Part shown: piece by piece, positions 42,040 through 51,152 of the stretch
How positions within the stretch are numbered: the first letter of the stretch is position 1
Layout of the letters: every line of letters starts with the position of its first letter
NCBI GenBank assembly: GCA_963712965.1
Contig: CAVQJZ010000003.1
Location: 2,878 to 66,877, forward strand
Length of the DNA stretch: 64,000 nucleotides
Reading direction: 5' to 3'
Origin: an uncultured Pseudomonadota bacterium
Lineage (GTDB): Bacteria; Pseudomonadota; Gammaproteobacteria; DASZBR01
Program-made: the position numbers and the translations under genes
The notes under the pieces: generated by a model
Told to the model about the DNA's origin: nothing
The model's database searches: none
Seen by the model: the letters and a program-made list of their open reading frames with translations, nothing else

Positions 42040-42838
42040 AAATATTATCGCTATCGCGTCTGGCAAAGGTGGTGTGGGTAAATCAACGGTTGCGGTGAAT
42101 TTAGCGTTAGCACTCGCCGCATTAGGTAATCGTGTGGGTATTTTGGATGCGGATATTTATGGGCCAAGTCAGCCAACGATGGTAGGCGCTGATCATGAAA
42201 AGCCACAGCCAAGCAGTGATCAGAAAAAAGTACAGCCGATTGTAAGGCATGGTATTCAAACCATGTCGATGGGTTATTTTATCGATAGTAATACCGCAAT
42301 GATTTGGCGTGGGCCAATGGCAAGTACCGCAATGCAACAATTATTTCGTGATACACATTGGGATAATGTGGATTATTTAATTGTTGATCTGCCACCGGGC
42401 ACGGGTGACATTCAATTAACATTGGCGCAAAAAATTGCAGTCACGGGAAGTATAATTGTCACAACACCACAAGAAATTGCATTAATTGATGCGCGCAAAG
42501 CTTATGAAATGTTTCACAAAGTGCATGTGCCCATATTGGGCATTATTGAAAACATGAGCACGCATATTTGTTCGCACTGTGGCCATGAAGAAAGTATTTT
42601 TGGCAGTGGTGGCGGGGCGCAATTGGCCGCAACACTTAATATCCCTCTTTTGGGTCAGTTGCCTTTAGACAAACAAATGCGCGAAGATGTCGATTTGGGC
42701 ACGCCAACTGTCGTGGCGCGACCCGAAAGTAAAATCACGTTGCTGTATATTGAGATGGCGAAAAAGCTCTTAGAGCAAGTCAGTAAACAAAAAAGTTATA
42801 CGGATAAATTTAAAAAAATCAAAGTGGAGATTAAATAA
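42026..42838 (+). CDS. apbC: Mrp/ApbC-family Fe-S cluster carrier ATPase
   Basis: Deviant Walker A SGKGGVGKST, DLPPGTGD, and a C-x-x-C motif (ICSHCGHE). Confidence 0.9.
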   Translation: MDGVKNIIAIASGKGGVGKSTVAVNLALALAALGNRVGILDADIYGPSQPTMVGADHEKPQPSSDQKKVQPIVRHGIQTMSMGYFIDSNTAMIWRGPMASTAMQQLFRDTHWDNVDYLIVDLPPGTGDIQLTLAQKIAVTGSIIVTTPQEIALIDARKAYEMFHKVHVPILGIIENMSTHICSHCGHEESIFGSGGGAQLAATLNIPLLGQLPLDKQMREDVDLGTPTVVARPESKITLLYIEMAKKLLEQVSKQKSYTDKFKKIKVEIK

Positions 42839-43405
42839 ATGGCAATAAAATCTGATCGTTGGATTCGTGAGATGGCACAAAAACACGGGATGATTGAACC
42901 GTTTGAGCCAAAGCAGGTAAAACACAATAACAATGGCACCATTGTTTCTTATGGTACATCGAGTTACGGCTATGATGTACGTTGCGCCAATGAATTTAAA
43001 ATTTTTACCAATATTAATTCCGCGATTGTTGATCCTAAAAATTTTGATGCGTCTAGTTTCGTCGATATTCATTCAGATATCTGTATTATTCCACCCAATT
43101 CATTTGCGCTGGCGCGCACCGTTGAATATTTTCGTATTCCACGTGATGTGTTGACGATTTGTTTAGGTAAATCCACTTATGCACGTTGTGGGATTATTGT
43201 GAATGTCACGCCACTCGAGCCAGAATGGGAAGGGCATGTGACGTTAGAGTTTTCAAATACAACAAATTTGCCCGCAAAAATTTATGCCCATGAAGGTGTG
43301 GCACAAATGTTATTTTTACAATCTGATGAAGTGTGTGAAACATCGTATAAAGATCGTGGCGGTAAATATCAAGGTCAACGTGGCGTAACTTTACCGAAAA
43401 CCTAA
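42839..43405 (+). CDS. dcd: dCTP deaminase
   Basis: [49 protein letters not shown]...LEFSN.T..P. Confidence 0.93.
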   Translation: MAIKSDRWIREMAQKHGMIEPFEPKQVKHNNNGTIVSYGTSSYGYDVRCANEFKIFTNINSAIVDPKNFDASSFVDIHSDICIIPPNSFALARTVEYFRIPRDVLTICLGKSTYARCGIIVNVTPLEPEWEGHVTLEFSNTTNLPAKIYAHEGVAQMLFLQSDEVCETSYKDRGGKYQGQRGVTLPKT

Positions 43406-43415
43406 GGAATCATAC

Positions 43416-44861
43416 ATGGAAACTGCAATGGATCTTAAACAACCCCCCGCCTTAAAAGTTTTATTTTTTGCTGAACTTTGGGAGCGCTTTGGTTTTTATT
43501 GCATGCAAGCACTGTTGGTGCTTTTTCTCACCAAATATTATTCGATGGGGGATAAAGATGCCTATAACTTATTCAGTGCATTTTCTGCCTTAATTTACGC
43601 CACGCCTATTTTAGGGGGTTATTTGGCGGATCGTTTTATTGGGTTTCGACGGGCGATTATTATCGGTGCCGTGTTATATCTTTTCGGTTATTTTGCACTC
43701 GCGTCATTAGACAAACATATTTTCTTTTTTGCATTATCTGCTTTGATTATGGGTAATGGGTTCTTTAAAGCTAACGTATCGAGTTTGTTGGGCAAGCTTT
43801 ATGATGGTGATGACCCGAGGCGTGATAGTGGTTTTACGTTGTTTTATATGGGCATAAATATAGGTTCATTTTTGGCACCGATTATTTGCGCCTTTGTAGC
43901 AAAACATTATGGTTGGGGATGGGGCTTTGCCTCAGCCGGTATAGGCATGATTATTTGTTTGTTTACCTGCACCGTTGGATTTAAATTATTGGGTGAGCGT
44001 GGTCGCGCACCTATTAAATTAAACATGGTGCATAAAACATCCGTGTATGCGCTGATTGTTCTTTTGTTGTTTGGCATGGTACAAATGTTGCGACATGATA
44101 ATGCAACGAGCAATTTTCTCATTGCATTTGAAGGATTTGCCTTTCTTGCCTTATTAGTAGTTGCGTTTTTTCAGCCGAGAATACAGCGCAATAAATTAAT
44201 TGCCTTAATTATATTGATGATATTTTCTATCGCTTTTTGGGCGTTTTATATTTTAAATTTTTCAGCGCTGATCTTGTTTACTGAGCGTAATGTTAATCGT
44301 TTGATTTTTGGTTATCAATTTCCCACGGGCATGTTTGCCTCAATTGATCCTTTCTTCATTATTACGTTGTCACCTATTTTTGCCATCATTTGGTTAAAAT
44401 TAAACAGCAAACGGTCTAAATTAAATCCGTCCACACCAATGAAATTCGCGTTAGCGTTAATCTCGATGGGCTTAGGATTTTTAGTCATGGCTTGGGGTAT
44501 TCAGCTTTCGGTTGCCACAGGATTAATGGCTGTGGGTTGGTTAGTGCTGAATTATTTATTCCAAGAAACGGGTGAGCTTGCACTTTCACCGATTGGGTTA
44601 GCTGCTGTAACTGAATTAGCGCCACCCAGTTTGACAGGATTTACCATGGGCATTTGGTTTATCTCGTTGTCTGCTGCTTATGCGATTGGTGGAAAAATTG
44701 CTGATCTTACGGCGATTCCAAAAACATTGCATGATGATCCCAAAGTAACATCGGTTATTTATCAACATAATTTCATTCATTTTGGTTTGGCTTGCGCCGC
44801 TGTAGGTGTGGTGTTGATATTTTTAACACCGTGGTTGAAAAAAATGATGCATCCGGTTTAG
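43416..44861 (+). CDS. POT/PTR2-family proton-dependent oligopeptide transporter
   Basis: PTR2 signature region FFAELWERFGFYCMQALLVLFLT ... GGYLADRFIGFRRAII. About 12-14 hydrophobic spans. Confidence 0.85.
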   Translation: METAMDLKQPPALKVLFFAELWERFGFYCMQALLVLFLTKYYSMGDKDAYNLFSAFSALIYATPILGGYLADRFIGFRRAIIIGAVLYLFGYFALASLDKHIFFFALSALIMGNGFFKANVSSLLGKLYDGDDPRRDSGFTLFYMGINIGSFLAPIICAFVAKHYGWGWGFASAGIGMIICLFTCTVGFKLLGERGRAPIKLNMVHKTSVYALIVLLLFGMVQMLRHDNATSNFLIAFEGFAFLALLVVAFFQPRIQRNKLIALIILMIFSIAFWAFYILNFSALILFTERNVNRLIFGYQFPTGMFASIDPFFIITLSPIFAIIWLKLNSKRSKLNPSTPMKFALALISMGLGFLVMAWGIQLSVATGLMAVGWLVLNYLFQETGELALSPIGLAAVTELAPPSLTGFTMGIWFISLSAAYAIGGKIADLTAIPKTLHDDPKVTSVIYQHNFIHFGLACAAVGVVLIFLTPWLKKMMHPV

Positions 44862-44869
44862 CAGACAGT

Positions 44870-44961
44870 GTCATTGCGAGGAGCGTTAGCGACGAAGCAA
44901 TCTAGTTTTTTGGATTGCCACGCCGCGACTTCGCCTTTGGCTACGTCGGGCTCGCAATGAC
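44870..44961. repeat. 92-bp MITE/REP-like element with terminal inverted repeats gtcattgcgag / ctcgcaatgac
   Basis: TIRs at 44870-44880 and 44951-44961. Internal imperfect dyad (gaagcaatc .. ggattgcc). The right-end motif ctcgcaatgac also occurs at 22524-22534, and a shorter gtcattgc..gcaatgac pair lies at 32964-33011. Confidence 0.55.
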
Positions 44962-44979
44962 AGAAGAGAGAGGACTATT

Positions 44980-45300
44980 ATGTTAGGTTTTTTAGCCATG
45001 ATTATTATTGCCATGCTCATTATTATAGTGGGTTGGCATTTAATATTCCCTTTGTTGGGTGGTGCATTAGTGATTACCGGTGCAGCATGGTTTGCCATTC
45101 TCGCCACAATCATTGCATTTAGCATGGTCATGTTGTTCGCATTTATTTTTACTGGCATCGGTATCTTTATTCTAGGTATTTTATTTAGTATCGGTGTGGT
45201 AATTGCGATTGTTTTATTTCCGGTATTATTTCCCATTGTGTTACCGCTTTTCATAGTCTATTGGGTAGTGTCATATTTGCGTCGTCGTAAAAAAGCATGA
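44980..45300 (+). CDS. Small, extremely hydrophobic membrane protein (106 aa), translationally coupled to radA
   Basis: GAGAGG lies about 8 nt upstream of the ATG. Three to four hydrophobic spans and a basic tail (RRRKKA). The stop overlaps the radA start (ATGA at 45297-45300). The antisense ORF 44886-45254 is rejected. Confidence 0.5.
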   Translation: MLGFLAMIIIAMLIIIVGWHLIFPLLGGALVITGAAWFAILATIIAFSMVMLFAFIFTGIGIFILGILFSIGVVIAIVLFPVLFPIVLPLFIVYWVVSYLRRRKKA

Positions 45301-46673
45301 GCAAGAAAGCCGATAAAAATAAAATGATTTATGCCTGTTCGCACTGTGGTGCGCAAGCACCCAAATGGTCCGGGCAATGTGCTGAATGCCAAACATGGAA
45401 TAGTTTAGTCGAAGAAGTTTCCTCGCCAAGCAAAAATCTTTCGCCGCGTTTAAGTGGTTATGCCGCAGCAACAATTGCACAAGCCATTGATTTGAAAGAT
45501 GTTGCAGTCAGTGATGATGTTCGTTTCGATACTGGCTTACAAGAATTAAATCGTGTGTTGGGCGGTGGTTTAGTTATTGGTTCGGTAGTATTGATGGGCG
45601 GCGATCCTGGTATTGGTAAATCAACAATATTATTACAAAGTTTGTGTCACTTAAGTCTTAAACATTCAGTGTTGTATGTCACCGGCGAAGAATCGTTGCA
45701 ACAAGTGCGTATGCGTGCGCAACGGCTAGAATTAAATGCCAATAAATTGCGTTTGCTTGCGGAAACCCATGTTGAACAAATTATTAGCATCGCGCAAAAA
45801 GAAAAACCAAGTGTCATTGTCATTGATTCTATTCAAACGATTTTCACTGAATTATTACAATCTGCGCCAGGCAGTGTTGGGCAAGTGCGTGAAAGTGCTG
45901 CGCAATTAGTACGCTTTGCGAAACAAACCAATACCGCTTTATTTTTAGTAGGTCATGTAACAAAAGAAGGAACGTTAGCAGGCCCTCGTGTGTTAGAACA
46001 CATGGTTGATACCGTTTTATATTTTGAAGGCGAACGTGATAGTCGCTGGCGCGTGATTCGCGCGGTGAAAAATCGTTTTGGTGCAGTGAATGAATTAGGT
46101 GTATTTGCGATGACCGATAAAGGATTGCGCGAAGTGAGTAATCCGTCGTCTATCTTTTTGTCGCGTTATGAAAAACCCGTGCCAGGAAGTGTGGTGATGG
46201 TAACGTGGGAAGGTTCGCGGCCGTTATTAGTTGAAGTGCAAGCATTAGTGTGTGAAACACATGCGCCGAATCCACGTCGCGTGACGCTCGGTTTAGAACA
46301 AAATCGTTTAGCGATGTTATTAGCTGTGCTGCATCGACATGGTGGAATCGCCACCTATGATCAAGATGTATTTGCCAATGTGGTTGGTGGTGTGCGTGTG
46401 TTAGAAACAGGATCTGATTTGGCCATGTTATTAGCCGTTGTTTCCAGTTTCCGTAATCGATTATTGTCGCAAGATTTAGTGGTGTTTGGTGAAATTGGTT
46501 TAGCCGGTGAAATTCGTCCTGTGCAATCTGGTCAAGAACGTTTGCGTGAAGCCGCTAAGCATGGATTCAAACGTGCGATTGTGCCAAAAGCGAATGCACC
46601 AAAAAATTTACAGATGGGTGAGTTGAATATTTATCCCGTGCAGTCGTTACAAGAAGCGTTGGAGTTATTATAA
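45297..46673 (+). CDS. radA: DNA repair protein RadA/Sms
   Basis: N-terminal Zn finger C.HCG....W.G.C..C, Walker A GGDPGIGKST, KNRFG motif, and a Lon-protease-like C-terminal domain. Confidence 0.95.
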   Translation: MSKKADKNKMIYACSHCGAQAPKWSGQCAECQTWNSLVEEVSSPSKNLSPRLSGYAAATIAQAIDLKDVAVSDDVRFDTGLQELNRVLGGGLVIGSVVLMGGDPGIGKSTILLQSLCHLSLKHSVLYVTGEESLQQVRMRAQRLELNANKLRLLAETHVEQIISIAQKEKPSVIVIDSIQTIFTELLQSAPGSVGQVRESAAQLVRFAKQTNTALFLVGHVTKEGTLAGPRVLEHMVDTVLYFEGERDSRWRVIRAVKNRFGAVNELGVFAMTDKGLREVSNPSSIFLSRYEKPVPGSVVMVTWEGSRPLLVEVQALVCETHAPNPRRVTLGLEQNRLAMLLAVLHRHGGIATYDQDVFANVVGGVRVLETGSDLAMLLAVVSSFRNRLLSQDLVVFGEIGLAGEIRPVQSGQERLREAAKHGFKRAIVPKANAPKNLQMGELNIYPVQSLQEALELL

Positions 46674-46686
46674 AAGGAGATTTTCA

Positions 46687-46797
46687 ATGAAACTTTATTA
46701 TTCCAAAGGTGCGTGTTCGTTAGCCGTGCGTATTTCTCATTGCGTGCGTTATTTTAATGTGTTGAAAGAAAGAGCATCAATTAAAAAGTCGTTGTAA
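46687..46797 (+). pseudogene. Collapsed glutathione S-transferase relic (36 codons: GST N-terminus fused to a GST-like C-terminus)
   Basis: MKLYYSKGACSLAVRI matches the GstA-type N-terminus (MKLFYKPGACSLASHI, as I recall it). It runs straight into ..YFNVLKERASIKKSL*, which resembles a GST C-terminal end. About 165 codons appear to be missing. Confidence 0.5.
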
Positions 46798-46824
46798 GAA
46801 GAGGGGTTATAAAAGGAGGATGGT

Positions 46825-47307
46825 ATGTCAAACTTTGATATTCGTTTTGCTACCGAAAAAGACGTTCCGTTAATTCTGCAGTTTATTAAAGAGCTCGCGG
46901 ATTATGAAAAGCTATTGCATGAAGTAGTCGCCACGGAAGAGATTTTGCGTGAAACATTATTCGGTGAAAAATCACATGCAGAAGTTATTTTAGGTTATCT
47001 CAATCATGAACCTGTGAGCTTTGCCTTATTTTTCCATAATTTTTCTACTTTTTTAGGCAAGCCAGGAATTTATCTTGAAGATTTGTATGTTAAACCTGAA
47101 GCGCGCGGCAATAGTGTTGGGCAAAAAATGTTGGCGTATTTAGCGCAGTTAGCGAAAAAAAGAAAATGTGGGCGCTTGGAGTGGTGGGTTTTAGATTGGA
47201 ATGATCCCGCGATCAAATTTTATAAAAAAATTGGTGCCATCCCTATGGATGAATGGACCGTGTTTCGCGTTACAGGAGAAGCATTGGATAAATTAGCCGT
47301 GAGCTAA
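46825..47307 (+). CDS. GNAT-family N-acetyltransferase (SSAT/diamine acetyltransferase-like)
   Basis: AGGAGG lies upstream. GNAT motif A region LYVKPEARGNSVGQKMLAYLAQLA. The 160-aa length fits. Confidence 0.8.
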   Translation: MSNFDIRFATEKDVPLILQFIKELADYEKLLHEVVATEEILRETLFGEKSHAEVILGYLNHEPVSFALFFHNFSTFLGKPGIYLEDLYVKPEARGNSVGQKMLAYLAQLAKKRKCGRLEWWVLDWNDPAIKFYKKIGAIPMDEWTVFRVTGEALDKLAVS

Positions 47308-48260
47308 CACAAAACTTTCTTCAATGTTTCCAAACTAATATTCGCGCCACTTAAAATAATCACGATATTTTTCTTTTGAAATTCTACCGCCTGTTTTAAT
47401 AATGCAGCGAGTGGAACAGCAGCAGCACCTTCGACTAAGGTATGTTGTACTTTGATCATCGTCAAAATCGCATTTTTTATTTCTTTTTCCGACACTAAAA
47501 TGTAGTCATCGACTAATTCACGACAAATATCAAACGTTATTGAGTTCGGTTCCAAACCACCGGCAGTGCCATCTGAAAGTGTGGGTTTGCTTTCCCTATC
47601 AATAATTTTTCCGGCCTTAATGGATTCATACATCACAGGAGAGTTTTTAGGTAAGCAACCAATGATTTTTGTTTCGGGTGAGATTGCTTTGACGTAGCCT
47701 GCAATGCCTGAAATTAAACCACCGCCACCCAGAGGAATTAATATCGCATCAATATTTTTTAATTGTTGCGTTATTTCAAGGCCAATGGTTCCTTGGCCAG
47801 CAATCACTTGCAAGTCATTATAAGGCGGTACATAAATTTTGTTATTTGCTGCAGCGTATTCCAATGCATGCAATTCTGCTTGCATGGTATCTGTGCCAAA
47901 AAATTCCAATGTTGCATGATAACTGCGAATATTATCCACTTTGGCAGACGAGGCATTTTGTGGTAAAAAAACCATGCAATGAATATTTAATTTATTGCAG
48001 CCATAAGCAACAGCTGTACCATGATTGCCTGAGGATGCGGTAACAACACCTTGTTCACGTTGTGCGGGCGTTAAGCTTAATAATTTACTCATCGCACCAC
48101 GTACTTTAAATGAATTGGTATATTGCAAATTTTCACATTTTAAATAGACATTACATCCGGTGGTATGACTTAAGCGATCTGAAAAATCGAGCGGTGTTTC
48201 ACGAATATAAGAACGGATGCGTTTTTCAGCAGATAAAACTTCCTTTTTGATATCGAACAT
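47304..48260 (-). CDS. PLP-dependent threonine/serine dehydratase-family enzyme (no ACT domain)
   Basis: PLP-lysine motif NSFKVRGA and glycine loop PLGGGGLISG. At 318 aa it is the short catabolic/racemase-like form. Confidence 0.8.
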   Translation of the reverse strand: MFDIKKEVLSAEKRIRSYIRETPLDFSDRLSHTTGCNVYLKCENLQYTNSFKVRGAMSKLLSLTPAQREQGVVTASSGNHGTAVAYGCNKLNIHCMVFLPQNASSAKVDNIRSYHATLEFFGTDTMQAELHALEYAAANNKIYVPPYNDLQVIAGQGTIGLEITQQLKNIDAILIPLGGGGLISGIAGYVKAISPETKIIGCLPKNSPVMYESIKAGKIIDRESKPTLSDGTAGGLEPNSITFDICRELVDDYILVSEKEIKNAILTMIKVQHTLVEGAAAVPLAALLKQAVEFQKKNIVIILSGANISLETLKKVLC

Positions 48261-48279
48261 AAGTTCGTTCTCCTAATTT

Positions 48280-48831
48280 TCACTTAAGCCAATACTGCAT
48301 ATAATTTTCCAGTGTTGAAAGCGATTCAATTTTCATACGATCAACACATAAGCAGCCATGCAAGTGATCAATTTCATGTTGCAAAATTCTTGCGTACCAA
48401 CCACGTGCATGCAAAGTAGTGGGTTCGCCTTTTTCATTCAAGCATTCAACGTTAACTTCGAGCGCGCGCGGCACGGATCCCACAAATCCTGCGACACTTA
48501 AACAGCCTTCATAAAATTCTATTGGTGTTTTTTTAATGATCGTTAATGTTGGATTGATCATGACATGAAAAGGAACGGGCACACGTTCACGTTCTTTTAA
48601 TTGTTGTTTAGTAAGACGTACATGAAAAGCGGCTTGATCTTCAATTGTCACGAGTTGAATTGATTCACCAATTTGCGGCGCCGCTAAACCCACACCCGGG
48701 GCGGCATACATTGTTTCTTTCATGTCTTGAATTAATGTTTGAATAGCTTTACTGTGAATTTCTTTGAGCGTTAATAAATGTGCTTTTTGTCGCAAAACAG
48801 GATGGCCAATTTGTACGATATCGAGTTTCAT
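48280..48831 (-). CDS. def: Peptide deformylase
   Basis: All three motifs are present: GVGLAAPQIG, EGCLS, HEIDH. Confidence 0.93.
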   Translation of the reverse strand: MKLDIVQIGHPVLRQKAHLLTLKEIHSKAIQTLIQDMKETMYAAPGVGLAAPQIGESIQLVTIEDQAAFHVRLTKQQLKERERVPVPFHVMINPTLTIIKKTPIEFYEGCLSVAGFVGSVPRALEVNVECLNEKGEPTTLHARGWYARILQHEIDHLHGCLCVDRMKIESLSTLENYMQYWLK

Positions 48832-48836
48832 TTTGT

Positions 48837-49454
48837 TTAAATGCTAATTAAATCTAAAGGTTGATATTTTTTTTGCGTATCGGAATAGGTAAAAATTTGC
48901 CCGATTTTAATATCAAAAAACCACAAATGAATAATCAGTTCTTGCTTGGCAACTTTTTCATTAATCCAGGGAAAGGTTAAGCAGTTTTGATAAGATTGAT
49001 TAAGTGCTGCTTTGGCACAATCATCGCTGTTGTGTGGATTAAAATCATTGGTTTTAATAAGAGAAACCCAGTTGTTGATAAAATCATTTTTATTCACATC
49101 ACTGCCATCTAACAATGCTTGAATGCCACCGCATTGGCTATGGCCTAATAAAATAAGATGTTTAACGTTTAAGAAACATACGCCAAATTCTAACGCGGCG
49201 CTCGTGCCATGATGCGCTTCATCTTTTTCATAAGGAGGAATAATATTCGCCACATTACGCGCCACAAATAAATCACCCGGTTCGCACTGCAGAATTAACG
49301 CAGGATCAACACGTGAATCACAACAAGCCACCACCATGATTTTGGGCTTTTGACCGTGATAAGAGAGATGTTGCATGACAGATTTATCATCAAGCGCATA
49401 CTTTTTTCTAAATGCTTGATAGCCTTGTAAAATCTTCGTAAAACTTTTTTCCAT
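48837..49454 (-). CDS. Beta-class carbonic anhydrase
   Basis: CCDSRVDP and GHSQCGG zinc-ligand motifs with the typical spacing. Confidence 0.88.
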   Translation of the reverse strand: MEKSFTKILQGYQAFRKKYALDDKSVMQHLSYHGQKPKIMVVACCDSRVDPALILQCEPGDLFVARNVANIIPPYEKDEAHHGTSAALEFGVCFLNVKHLILLGHSQCGGIQALLDGSDVNKNDFINNWVSLIKTNDFNPHNSDDCAKAALNQSYQNCLTFPWINEKVAKQELIIHLWFFDIKIGQIFTYSDTQKKYQPLDLISI

Positions 49455-49535
49455 AAAAATTCTCTTGTCTTAAGATAAGCGGAAAAGATAGCATGAAAAG
49501 TTGCGCAATTGTAGAAGTTCTTAAAGGAGTTTTTT

Positions 49536-50438
49536 ATGTCACATGACGCCTGGCCCGCATTTTCTGCTGAAGAATTTATGCCAACATCGCATTTGCTTTA
49601 TATGTGTGTGCAAGCGATTGGGAAGTTAATGTTAACGCAACCTTTTGAACCCCATTGGGCAAATTTGGCCATGCCATTAACCAGTCGTGGTATAACGACA
49701 GGCATTATTCCTTATGAATCGGGCACGTTTTCTGTAGATATCGATTTTATTGATCACGTGATTATTGTGACTTCCAGTGAGGGAAGGGTAGGCACACTTA
49801 AGCTCGGTTCTATGTCGGTGGCTACATTAGTTGATCAGTTGTTTCAAACATTAAAAAATATCGGAATTCATATAACCATTAATCTTATGCCGCAAGAAAT
49901 GTCGCATCCTATTCCTTTTAATGAAGATACCGCACCGCGTATTTATGATAAAAAAATAGTGAATGCTTGGTGGAAAATTATGTTAAGCACGTATCGCGTG
50001 TTATCCATATTTCATTCTAGATTTTATGGCATCACTCCACGCATTGGTTTATTTTGGGGCACGCTTGATTTGCGTGATGCGCGTTATCAAGGTATTCATT
50101 TGCCTATCGCTAAAGAAGTTTCTGGTTTTATCGCACGCAATGCTATGGACGATGTGCAATTTGAAGTAGGATTTTCAGCCAATAATGAGAAATATCCCAT
50201 TCCTTCTTTTTTTGCCTTTGCTTATCCTAAACCGCTTGGTTTTGAAAGAGTATTTGTAAAACCCAAAGCAGCAAAATGGGTGGCTGACATTAACGAATTT
50301 ATTCTTGATTATGCCGAGTTGCGAAAATCAAAAGATCCTGAAGGGGATTTGTTATTGTTTTTCGAATCCAGTTATCAAGTGGTCGCCGAATTAGGCAAAT
50401 GGGATCCAAAGTTAATAGTGAGTGGGAAGGCTTCTTAA
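49536..50438 (+). CDS. Conserved hypothetical protein (300 aa); family not resolved
   Basis: Long ORF with AAGGAG upstream. I recognise no catalytic motif. Its last 56 codons are duplicated at 50911-51080. Confidence 0.7.
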   Translation: MSHDAWPAFSAEEFMPTSHLLYMCVQAIGKLMLTQPFEPHWANLAMPLTSRGITTGIIPYESGTFSVDIDFIDHVIIVTSSEGRVGTLKLGSMSVATLVDQLFQTLKNIGIHITINLMPQEMSHPIPFNEDTAPRIYDKKIVNAWWKIMLSTYRVLSIFHSRFYGITPRIGLFWGTLDLRDARYQGIHLPIAKEVSGFIARNAMDDVQFEVGFSANNEKYPIPSFFAFAYPKPLGFERVFVKPKAAKWVADINEFILDYAELRKSKDPEGDLLLFFESSYQVVAELGKWDPKLIVSGKAS

Positions 50439-50466
50439 TAAAACCTTAAGGTTTCTAGCGTAAAAT
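50434..50466 (+). promoter_or_regulatory. Box copy 2: CTTAATAAAAC-CTTAAGGTTTC + 5 nt + TAAAAT
   Basis: cttaataaaaccttaaggtttc (50434-50455, overlapping stop TAA 50436-50438), tagcg, taaaat (50461-50466). ATG 50506 lies 40 nt downstream. Confidence 0.5.
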
Positions 50467-50505
50467 TCCCAAGATAACAAACTAATGACTTGGAGAAAAA
50501 CTGAC

Positions 50506-50910
50506 ATGAAGTGGTATCAAGAATATTTTAATGAAGCTCACAAAACCATGGATGGAATAACTGAAATAACGACAGAAGAAGTCGCAGAAATGATTAAAAA
50601 TAATAACAGCATTCGCATTTTTGATGTTCGTGAGTATAAGGAATCTACTGAATGTCTTCCTGGCGCAGTTTTACTTCCTCTGGGTGAATTGAAAGGTGAG
50701 ATTGCTAATCAAAGAATTAGCAAAGATGATGATTTAATCATTTTTTATTGCAGATCTGGTAAGCGTTCTTTAATGGCGTGCCAAGCAATGAAAGAGTTAG
50801 AAGCTCAAGGTTTCCACGTAGTATCGATGAGGGGTGGTATCGAGAAGTGGAAAGAACAAAAGCAGTCAGTTGAAGTAGTGCCATACTTAACTTCAATCTT
50901 TGGATTTTAA
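50506..50910 (+). CDS. Single-domain rhodanese (sulfurtransferase-like)
   Basis: Active-site loop YCRSGKRS within a rhodanese-like fold pattern (..IRIFDVREYKE...GA..LP...). I prefer ATG 50506 (GGAGA 9 nt upstream) over ATG 50485. Confidence 0.8.
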   Translation: MKWYQEYFNEAHKTMDGITEITTEEVAEMIKNNNSIRIFDVREYKESTECLPGAVLLPLGELKGEIANQRISKDDDLIIFYCRSGKRSLMACQAMKELEAQGFHVVSMRGGIEKWKEQKQSVEVVPYLTSIFGF

Positions 50911-51080
50911 GCAGCCAAATGGATTGCGGCCATCAATGAATTTGTTCTTGATTATGCGGAGTTGCAAAAATCAAAAGATCCTGAAGGGGATTTGTTATTG
51001 TTTTTCGAATCCAGTTATCAAGTGGTCGCCGAATTGGGTAAATGGGATCCAAAATTAATTGTGAGCGGGAAGGCTTCTTA
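50911..51080 (+). pseudogene. Orphan 3' fragment (56 codons + stop) duplicating the end of 49536-50438
   Basis: Translates as AAKWIAAINEFVLDYAELQKSKDPEGDLLLFFESSYQVVAELGKWDPKLIVSGKAS*, compared with AAKWVADINEFILDYAELRKSKDPEGDLLLFFESSYQVVAELGKWDPKLIVSGKAS* at 50268-50438. It begins immediately after the rhodanese stop and has no start codon. Confidence 0.75.
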
Positions 51081-51109
51081 ATAAAACCTTAAGGTTTCTC
51101 GGTTAAAAT
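51077..51109 (+). promoter_or_regulatory. Box copy 3: CTTAATAAAAC-CTTAAGGTTTC + 5 nt + TAAAAT
   Basis: Box at 51077-51098, then tcggt, then taaaat at 51104-51109. ATG 51153 lies 44 nt downstream. It is offset exactly 643 bp from copy 2. Confidence 0.5.
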
Positions 51110-51152
51110 CTTCGGATAGCAATTATATTCGTCAAAAAAATAGGTGGAAACT

